From Octopus sinensis (Eukaryota): a stretch of 64,000 nt of DNA. Below, in pieces: positions 53,405 through 64,000 of the stretch. The notes under the pieces are model-generated. The model was not told the DNA's origin, ran no database searches, and saw nothing but the letters and a program-made list of their open reading frames with translations. The stretch lies in the NCBI RefSeq assembly GCF_006345805.1, contig NC_043026.1, forward strand, positions 2,108,001-2,172,000, in the 5' to 3' direction. The position numbers and the translations under genes were made by a program. Position 1 is the stretch's first letter. Each line of letters begins with the position of its first letter.

Positions 53405-54261
53405 ATAGGAGAAGGAAAGATCCAGAGAAGGGAAGACAGAGAATAAAAATCGCCAACGGTACACACGGGGTCACATTTTGAATGACACATACACACACAC
53501 ATATATATATATATATATATGTATGCGTATGTATGTATATATATGTGCGTGTGTGCTTGTATGTGCGTATGTCTTTGTGTCTGGGCTCGTCCCCACCACC
53601 ACTGCTTGACAACCAATGTTGGTGTGTTTACATCCCCATAACTTAGCGATTCAGCAAAAGAGAATGATAGAATAAGCACCAAGCTTATAAAAAGTAAGTA
53701 CTGGGGTTGATATATTCGACTAAAATCTCTTCAAGGTGGTGCTCCATCATGGCCAGTCTAATGACCGAAACAGGTAAAAGATAAAAGATATATAATTGCC
53801 AAAACTGACCGGTCAGTAAAGGGAATTCTTGATCGGTGTTTGTTAGTGATTCTAGTCCCTGTCAGTATATATATTCATATGTATACAATTATGTGCTTTG
53901 ACTCCAGCATGAGAACATTTTAGCTCTTATTTCTAACACCCAGTCATGCTTAGAGACAATTGAAGTTTTCCTTTTTCATAAAACATTGCAGACTCCTCAT
54001 CTGTGTTAATTTACTATATATACTTTTACTCGTTCTCTTTTACTTGTTGCAGTCATTTGACTGCGGCCATGCAGGAGCACCGCTTTTATAGTCAAGCAAA
54101 TTGACCCCAGAGTTTTTTCTTTGTAATTCTAGTACTTATTTCATCGGTTTCTTTTGCCGAACCGCTAAGTTGCGGGGACATAAACACACCAGCATCGGTT
54201 GTCAAGCGATGCTGGAGGGGAGAGGAGGGACAAACAGACACACAAACATATACACACATAC

Positions 54262-54304
<43 letters not shown>

Positions 54305-54477
54305 GGAGTAAACACATAAATGTGAAACAAAGTGGAAAAAAGAGTACTCAAATACCAGAGGTAGAGTAATATGCTTTATTTAAAAGCAGCAGAAAATTCA
54401 ACAAAAACGGGAACGTGAAACTCAGAGTAACAGGTTTTGTTGAATTTTCTGCTGCTTTTAAATAAAGTATATATATA

Positions 54478-54823
54478 CTTTTACTTTACTTTTTTACTTG
54501 TTTCAGTCATTTGACTGCGGCCGGGACTTATTCTTTGTAAGCCCAGTACTTATTCTATCGAACCGCTAAGTGACAGGGACGTAAATACACCACCATCGGT
54601 TGTCAAGCAATGCTAGGGGGACAAACACAGACACACAAACACACACACACATACATATATACGACAGGCTTCTTTCAGTTTCTGTCTACCAAATCCACTC
54701 ATAAGGCATTGGTCGGCCCGGGGCTATAGCAGAAGACACTTGCCCAAGATGCCACGCAGTGGGACTGAACCCGGAACCATGTGGTTGGTTAGCAAGCTAC
54801 TTACCACACAGCCACTCCTGCGC
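54478..54823 (-). mobile_element. SINE family 1 with small deletions
   Basis: Same head, core and tail. Further partial copies at about 175-395, 948-1110, 2859-3025, 46990-47140, 53570-53790, 54030-54250, 55070-55230 and 56428-56759. Confidence 0.85.
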
Positions 54824-55012
54824 CTATATATATATACGAGTCCGTGTGTATCATAAGTTGAAGAAGGGAAGGATGACTTCCTTTTGCAAATACTGACAGG
54901 ACACAGATAGTGTGTCTATGGCCAGCTGGAGGAGTGTGTCCTCCTGGGGCTAAAAACTACAGTAGCATCCACCCTTAGGGGTTAGCCATATTGAAATGGC
55001 AAAAATACGTCA

Positions 55013-55062
<50 letters not shown>

Positions 55063-57667
55063 CATATATATACGACGGGCTTCTTCCAGTTTCCGTCTAC
55101 CAAATCCACTCACAAGACTTTGGTCGGCCTGAAGTTATAGTAGAAGACACTTGCCCACGGTGCCACACAGTGGGACTGAACCCAGGACCATGTGGTTGGT
55201 AAGCAAGCTACTTACCACACAGCCACTCCATGCTGTTATACATAGTTAATTAGTTTAAATGTGAATTGATGAAGAAACTGTTTCATTAGGAAATAAAATA
55301 GAAACATGAAAATCAGAATAGATCTGCTGGTTTAAATGTGACCCAAGTGAGGGAGGGGGGGGGAGAAGGGGATGGGGGAGAGAGGAGGAAACGAAACGAA
55401 ACGAAATAATTATGGACACACAGACGTTAGCATATAGATATGGATAAAAGCACATTGACACAGATTAATTAGCTTAGGATCTAGATTAGGAATCAGCTCT
55501 CTCTCTCTCTCTCTCTCTCTTTCTCTATGGGCAAGAAATCTTGAAATCAAACTGAATAATGACATACATACATTAAAACATATACACATACATACACACA
55601 CACACACATACATATATACATACATACATACATACGCACACACATACACACACACATACACACATATATACATACATACATACACACATATATACATACA
55701 TACACACATATATACATACATACATACATATATACATACATACATACACACACATACAGACATACATACATACACACATATATACATACATACACACATA
55801 TATACATATATACATATATACATACATATATACATACATATATACATACATACATATATACATACATACATACATACACACTCATACACACACATACACA
55901 CATATATACGTACATACATACACACATACATACATACATGCCCACGCGCTCGCACACACACACATATACATACATACATACATACATACATACACACATA
56001 TATACATACACACATACATACACATATACATACATACACACACACACACATACATACATGCATACATACATACATTCTTTCTTTCTTTCTTTCTACTATA
56101 GGCAGAAGGTCGGCCTGAAATTGTGGAGGATGCGGAGGTGAATTATATCATCCCCAATGAAAGGCAAAACAAACCTCAGCAAATTTTTAACTGAAAGCAT
56201 AGATGGTGGATGGACGGAGAGACAGATGGACAGACAGATGGACACATTCACATTTATACCAATAATAACTGGTACCCTTGGTTTTGTGAGTAAATTCATT
56301 AGTGACAATCTGGATAGCCGAGGGTTTACCAAAAAAGAAATCAACCAACAAACTCACACATTACAAATACAATTTGTAAGTGGAACAGTAAAAGTATATA
56401 AGACTTTTCTTAAATTTAAAATGTGACTGCATGGCACCTTGGGCAAGTGTCTTCTGCTATAGCCACGGGCTGACCAAAGCCTTGTGAGTGAATTTGGTAG
56501 ATGGAAACTGAAAGAAGCCTGTCGTATATATGTATATATATATATATATGTGTATGTTTGTGTGTCTGTGTTTGTCCCCCCAACATCGCTTGACAACCGA
56601 TGCTGGTGTGTTTATGTCCCCGTAACTTAGCGGTTCGGCAATAGAGACCGATAGAATAAGTAGTAGGCTTACAAAGAATAAGTCCCGGGGTCGAGTTGCT
56701 CGACTAAAGGCGGTGCTCCAGCATGGCCGCAGTCAAATGACTAAAATAAGTAAAAGAGTATTGATTGGCCTAAGGCTATAGTAGAAGACACTTCCTCAAG
56801 GTGTCATGCCACGGGACTGAACCCAGAACCATGTGACCAAGAAGCAAGCTTCTTACCACACAGCCACACCTATGCCTATATATATATATAGTTTGACCAG
56901 AGTTGTACCAGGTTCCAGTCTGATTTGGTTTGGTTTCTATGGTTTCTAATAGTAAAAATGGAGCTTTGCATCTTTGCTAGAAACCAGTTCCTTTCTCAGA
57001 GGAAGAATTTGAATAATTAAGAACAGAAGAGAACAAATATACATGCAAGCAAGCATACATAAATTCAGTTTAAGTATAAACCCAGGAGTTTTTCTTAAGA
57101 AAGTTTGCCTAGGAGTATCATCTAGCAGACACAATTTTACTGTGGAAACCAATGACTCAAGAAACATCTGGAAATCTGTGAATATCTGTAGAAAAAATAT
57201 AAAAATAAAACATAGATGGAACTTGTGGAAGAGGAGACCCAAGAAGGGTGACCTCAGAACACTGAACCTTATGGGGGAGATAACAAAGGACCATAATATC
57301 TGGTGATTTGCTATGCCCAGGAAGACCTGTCTTCCACAGGAGAAGTGTTAATTCCACTCTCCCTGCTTTTCAGTAGGGATTGGCCTGCAAGATGGTGCCA
57401 CATAAATAGCACCTGTGCCAGTGCCACAGAATAGCACCCAGGCTGGTACCATGTAAAAGCACACTTACTAGTGCCACATAAAAAGCACCCAACACATTCC
57501 ATAAAGTAATTGGCATTAGGAAGGGCACCAAGCCAAATCAGACTGGAACGTGGTACAGCTCTGGTCAAACTGTCAAACCTATGCCAGCCAGCATGGAAAA
57601 CAGATGTTAAATGATGATGATGATGATATATATACATATATAAATATATATATGTATATATACATAT

Positions 57668-58011
57668 ATGCTGAGACCCCCTTCGGTTATGACTAACCAT
57701 GGGATTGTACCTAGAAAGTTACCCTTCCGGGCACAAGACCGGGCAAGGTTGGTTATGGAAGACCAGCAGTCACCCATGCATACCGGCCTCCCTTCTCCAC
57801 GCCACCAGTGTTATCCAAGGGAAAGGCAAAGGGACCAATACAGCTTGGCACCAGTGATGTCACAGTTCATTTCTACAGTTGAGTGAACTGGAGCAACGTG
57901 AAATAAAGGGTCTTGCTCAAGAACACAACACGCAGCCCAGTCCGGGAATCAAACTCACAACCTCATGATTGTAAGCTCAATGCTCTAACCACTGAGCCAT
58001 GCACCTTCACT
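57668..58011 (-). mobile_element. tRNA-derived SINE family 4
   Basis: Minus strand GTGAAGGTGCATGGCTCAGTGGTTAGAGC...GTTTGATTCCC...GTTCTTGAGCAAGAC; related copy at about 5040-5260. Confidence 0.75.
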
Positions 58012-58431
58012 ATATATACATATATATATTAACAGTTATCACCAAGCTAATATGGCAGTCCATAAATATAGGATGAAAGCTGCCGTTGATTAGCTCCAAG
58101 AGGCCATCACCTCCAGCGAGCTATATGACACATGAAACTGTGTCCATTATAATCTTCGAACAGGGGAGGTCAGCCGCTTCAAAGGTTATAATGGATACAG
58201 GTTTGTGTGTCACATAGCTAGCTAGAAGCAATGGCCTATTGGAGTTAATCAACAGCAGCATTCGTCCTATTTTTATGGACTGCCATATTAGCTTGACGAT
58301 AACTGTTAATATCCAGTACCGCTGCTGTAGTCTCCTTTAAAGAGACTTAGCGATAATAATATTTCTATGCATACATATATATATATATTTTTTTCTCTCC
58401 TTGTTTCTCTCCTTGTTTTTTTTTCTGTGTA

Positions 58432-58469
58432 TCTTTCTGTCGAAGAGCGTAGGCTCGAAACGTAAAAGA
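58432..58469 (+). ncRNA. Hammerhead-like motif, family C (A6U)
   Basis: TCTTT-CTGTCGA-A-GAGC/GCTC-GAAA-CG-TA-AAAGA. Related copies at 32886-32922 (-) and 33124-33161 (-). Confidence 0.5.
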
Positions 58470-58606
58470 CTTTTTCTATTTCTATTCCTGAGTGCCACTG
58501 CCTTTCGTACTCCACCGCCTTCGTCTTTTGTTTATTTTTGTAAACTTTCCCGTTTTATATATATATATATATATATGCATATACCTATGTGTGTGTGTAT
58601 ATGCGC

Positions 58607-59345
58607 AAGAGGAAGGTGCAGCCATTGGTGTCAATATCGTTGGTGATGTGTCTAACCTATTTATGGTATGCTGGGATAGGAGACTCAAAGAGGAATTAGC
58701 AGAGAACTCCCTAACCCTAACTATGTACTCCCACTGTGTGGAGGCTATCAACATAGAAGCCAAAGCAACCATACAAGACAACGTCACTGATCTAGAAGCT
58801 GACGCTATGGAGAGCATCCAGCAAATAGCTAACTCCATCCACCAGAGTACCAAAGTAATAATAGACTACCCTAACACGCACCCAAACTCTATAGGTTACC
58901 AGTTTTAGACATGGAACTCTGGTTAGAAACCAAGAACAATAAGGTCCAGATCCATCACTCCCATTATGCCAAACCCATGGCCCCTAAATACCTTGTCCAC
59001 AAGAACACAGTGATTGTGGACAATGCCAAGTTCAATATTCTTATAGCAGACTTGGTGAGAGAGATGAAGAATGCATCTTGCACGTGTGACCCTATGGAAT
59101 TGGAAAGGCACATACAACACTTAATCCACCGCATGCAGTTCACTGACTACAACCAAAGGGACAGAATTAGAGTGTACGAAGGGGCCAGGACTAAGTAGAA
59201 AGCCATCCTAGAGAGTGATGCTAAGGGGATCTATCCCCTTAGGTACAGGAGTAAATGCTGAAACAGCAAGGAAAGTACCAGTCAGAAGATGAATAAGGGC
59301 CAACACTTGGTACGGGAGCAGAAAAATACCAGAGTGCCATGTTTG
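58607..59345 (+). mobile_element. Penelope-like element reverse transcriptase fragment (decayed)
   Basis: G.AIG...SNLFM..WDR, degenerate Y..VD (MYSHCVEAINI), frameshift into RLPVLDMELW...HYAKPMA...KFNILIADLVR, then G..PL.YRSK. Confidence 0.75.
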
Positions 59346-60070
59346 TTAGTTTGAGGCTATAGTAGAAGACGCTTGCCCAAGGTGCCACAGAGTGGGACTG
59401 AACCCAGAACCATGTGGTTGGTGAGCAAGCTTCTTACCACACAACCATATAACATAATAGGATAGAATGGCAATTTCAAATTTTGGCATAATGCCAGGAA
59501 GTTTGGCAGGAGGTGTTAAGTCAATTACATCAACCCCAGAGTCCAACTGGTACTAATTTTATTGACCCCAAAAGGATGAAAGGTAAACTCAACATCAGTG
59601 GAATTTGAACTCAGAACACTAAGACAGGTTCTGCCAGTTTGTTGCTGTAATAATTTAATGAGTGAGAAAGAGAGACAAACAGACAGATAAATGAACACAA
59701 AGAGAAAGAGACAGAGAGAGGGATGCAGAGACAGACAAACTGATATATATATATATAGAGAGAGAGAGAGGAGACAGATAGACAGATAAATAGAAAGAGA
59801 GGGGGAGATAAATAAATAGATAGACAGACAGGCAGGTAGATAGACAGATAGATAGATTCGAAATTCATTGAGGAGTAACGACTTATGAAATGACAACTTA
59901 CATTCTTACATTCAATGACCTTCCTCGTGTTTACAAATTAAGGTGTATACATTTCACACACACACACAGGTAGGTAGGTAGGTAGGTAGGTAGGTAGGTA
60001 TATGCGTAAGTTTGTGTATTTGTGAGTAATATGCGTTATGTTTACAAAAGTATATCGTTGCTATTCTTAC

Positions 60071-60600
60071 AGACTTCAGCTGGCCTCGGGTGCCTTTTGT
60101 GTTGTGTGGGTCTGTGTTCGGGTGTGTATACTATATATCCAGACATTAGTCTATCAACACTGATGTATATACATACAATATATGCATACATTATAGTATT
60201 CTAACATACATATATTATGTTATTGTGGAGACTTTGATCTTGTGCGTGTCAGTTACTGCACACCTCTTCTGCACATCAACTGCGGATCGAGGGGAAGAAG
60301 GATCAAAATCGTTCTGTGACCATCTTATCTCTTTATTTGTCTATTTATATATTTCATATACAGTGTATCTAGGACTACACTCTCTAATGTGTCTGGTTTT
60401 CTTTTTCTTTTTTCAAACTGTAGATTGTGATCTGAGAGGGAAGCTTTTTGGCCTTTTTCCTTCACGGGGGAGGTTCCTTCGTCAAGTTCCTCAATGTGCG
60501 CGCTAGCATATTTTCGTTTAGCTCCAGTTCCATTCTGATCGATCGAACGGAGCGACTATAATCAAATCTGATCCAATCGTGACTATCCCATTTGTTTCTT
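60071..60600 (-). promoter_or_regulatory. Possible non-coding first exon/promoter region of the F-box gene
   Basis: Non-repetitive, relatively CpG-rich block with a candidate donor TCT|gtaaga at 60071/60070. Boundaries are speculative. Confidence 0.3.
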
Positions 60601-60972
60601 TTATTTTATTTATTTTATCTATTTTCCATGTTAGCGGATAAATGCATGACCAAGTTATATAATGCGTCCCTTCCTAATTTACGATATAAAGGGTCTGAAT
60701 GCTACTATTTCCAACCTATAGAGCGACTAGGTAGAGCCTCCTCACTCCCCCCCTCTCTTTCTTTCTCTCTCGTATGTGTGTGTGTTTGTGTGTGAATGGT
60801 TTTTATTCAAGGTTACGGCAGCATCATATCAACAAACAGAACTGGCTGGTTGGCTGGTTGGATGAATGGAAGGATGGATGGAGAAACAGAGGAATGAAGT
60901 ACAACACAAACATAGAGCTGGCTGGCTGGCTTTCACCTTGTTAAACAGACTTAGTGAGATAAAACACAATAC

Positions 60973-61039
<67 letters not shown>

Positions 61040-61611
61040 CAGATAGATAGACAAGCCCAGATGAACAGGTACATATCTATTCGAGAGGTGATCAGTCAAC
61101 TTGTTACAAATCGATCTCAAATCAAACCCTACTGTCATAAAAATAAGAAAAGCGTTTGTACAAAATACTGTAGTCTTGGAAACACAACACCTTAAAAATA
61201 GACGGGTTGGTCATATATGGAACATCTTTGATAAAAGGTTTTCTCGGTCAGGACGGACGTGAGAGGAAACAATTGTTACATATATGCAGATAAATAGAGA
61301 GAGAGACACACAGATCGATAAATGTCTAGCTGTATATAGTAGCTAGCAAGATAGATAGATTTAACAAAATATACTTGTTCTAGCTAGAAAGTTAGAAGTC
61401 GTGCTACCTGTCTTCCTAGCTAGATAGCCCGTTAGTCAGACAGGTAAAACGACAGGTAGATTTTGATGAATGTATCTAGCTAACCAGCTAGATACATATA
61501 CAGTGACAGACAGACAGACAGATAGATAGATAGATAGAAAGATAGATAGGTAGATAGATAGATATATATATAGAAATATAAACAGATAGATAGATAGAAA
61601 TATAAACAGAC

Positions 61612-61646
<35 letters not shown>

Positions 61647-61649
61647 TAA

Positions 61650-61694
<45 letters not shown>

Positions 61695-61711
61695 AAGATA
61701 AACAGATAGAC

Positions 61712-61782
<71 letters not shown>

Positions 61783-61806
61783 CAGATAGATAGATAGACA
61801 GATAGA

Positions 61807-61886
<80 letters not shown>

Positions 61887-61903
61887 AAGATAAACAGATA
61901 GAC

Positions 61904-61970
<67 letters not shown>

Positions 61971-62004
61971 GATAGATAGATAGATAGATAGACAGATAGA
62001 TAGT

Positions 62005-62061
<57 letters not shown>

Positions 62062-63041
62062 GGATAGATAGATAGATAGACAGATGTGTAGACCAACAGG
62101 TATAATTTGATGAAGGCAGAGAAACGGATATTGACAGAGCCACAAACATATGGACAGGAAACCAGCTGGACAAATAGCTAGTTGGATTGTTTTAGCTGGA
62201 AACTATCTCCAGCCAGTTTCCCTGTCGATTAGGCTGATTAGAGACTCGGTATTTCTTCTAAATTGCCTGGTTGTGTCTCCTATAAGAGACATTCAACTTG
62301 GTAGGCATAAGGAGAGATAGATGTGTAAAAGAAAAGAAAAACAGGAAATAGAGAATCATATGTAATCAGAGATACAATCCGTCCGAGGAAGAGTCTCTAG
62401 GGTTATAGGCTATAGTCTAATGTAATTGCCCATGGTGCCGTCTTAAGGGATCGAACCCGGGGCCTAATGATTATGAAATTACGAAGCGAACTTTTTAATC
62501 ACTTGTCCTTGCCTGCGTCCATAGGTGTGTGTTTGTGTGGGGGTCATAACTACACAAGTGTGACCCTCGCCGATTTATTTCCTCGTAACTTTCAGGAAAA
62601 TGGATAATTTTCAATGAAATCTTCTACAAATACACTTCAGATGGCGTAGATTCCGATTGTATCGGAATTCGTTGTAAAAAGGTTTTTCAGGGATGGGTAA
62701 AGGAGTTTCAGAAAATTCACCCGAGTCGTATTTGTTTCCTCATAACTTAAAAAAATAAATAAAGTCGGGTATTTTTAATGAAACTTTTTACAATTACATC
62801 TCAGAGTAGATTATGATTATAACGGAACTGAATGTGAAGAAAAAAAAACTGGTGGCCACGCACATATACACACTGACGCATATTACGTATATCTACAAGA
62901 TATTAAATTCCGATATAATCGTAATCTACACCATCTGAAAAGTATTTGTAGAAAATTTCATTAAAAAATATCCATTTTCCTAAAAGTTATGAGGAAACAA
63001 AGTCTGAGTTGAGTGGAGTACACTTGTGTAAGTATGCCTAT

Positions 63042-63160
<119 letters not shown>

Positions 63161-63217
63161 GGATAGATGAATAGAGAAAGAGAGAGAGAAATAGATAGAA
63201 AGATAGATAGATGGACG

Positions 63218-63251
<34 letters not shown>

Positions 63252-63260
63252 AATAGATAG

Positions 63261-63303
<43 letters not shown>

Positions 63304-63322
63304 AAGATAGAAAGAGAGATAG

Positions 63323-63373
<51 letters not shown>

Positions 63374-63374
63374 G

Positions 63375-63408
<34 letters not shown>

Positions 63409-64000
63409 AAATAGATAGATAGATAGATAGATGGATGGATGGATGGATAGGTGTGTGTGTGTGTACATACATACATGTAAGCATAGATTTAAGTATATAT
63501 TATACATACAAACATCGTATATTCATCGACAGACATATTATGCGTGTGTGTTACAAAACAAAGCAGGGTCGGAGGGAAAAAAGGGGCCAGAGGGGGGGGA
63601 TCAACAGATGAGAAAGTAAAGTAAAATACTACGGAATAAAAGAGAAATTAAGGAAAGAACCGAGAGTATTAGGGAAAATATACATGTATAATGAGTAAAC
63701 AGTATATATATATGTGTGTGTGTGTGGGTATATATATATATATATATTAGATAACAAAGATAGATAGATAGAGAGAGAGAAAGAGAGAGAGAGAGATAGT
63801 GTGGTATGGCCCTTATATGTGTGTGTGTGTTTGCCTAATTATGTGTGTTTATATTAAAATATATATACATATATAAATCCAAACCTCACTGTTTTGGTCT
63901 CGTTGCTGTTGTTGTTAATGTCCGTTGGTCAATCGTCGGTCATCCCTATTTTAACCAGACCTTATGAGCAAAATCCGTTCAAGCCATGGCTATCCCGTCT

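Noticed and set aside
59928-60045. Two TGTTTAC forkhead sites near the putative first exon
   Set aside because: The 7-mer is common in AT-rich DNA and in SINE1; not significant alone.

Overview
Repeat-saturated, AT-rich animal genomic DNA; the SINE families and microsatellite load suggest an octopus (inference). One protein-coding gene is supported: a minus-strand F-box gene of the FBXO32 (atrogin-1/MAFbx)/FBXO25 family. Six coding exons join in frame with GT-AG sites (51936-51809, 19114-19015, 16991-16899, 16020-15927, 13211-13042, 7263-7004; 845 nt). Intron 1 is 32.7 kb, a 5'-UTR intron lies upstream, and the last exon(s) were not found, probably lying beyond position 1. The rest is mobile DNA and simple repeats: a decayed mariner; RTE, R4/Dong, R2-like and Penelope-like (PLE) fragments; several tRNA-derived SINE families; MITEs; and an LTR end with a tRNA-Trp primer-binding site. 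The most unusual signal is a set of short, mostly (TA)n-associated elements from about eight unrelated families that share a minimal type I hammerhead ribozyme layout with palindromic stem III. These include one intact motif (39121-39200), one with a compensatory G3:C8 core swap (38762-38812) and one fused to a tRNA-SINE head (20143-20190). Also noted: long fold-back palindromes, a pre-miRNA-like hairpin, a CpG-rich intronic block with tandem FoxO sites and an NRF-1 site, and a candidate recursive splice site. All coordinates, folds and family assignments were read by eye; no searches or folding programs were run.
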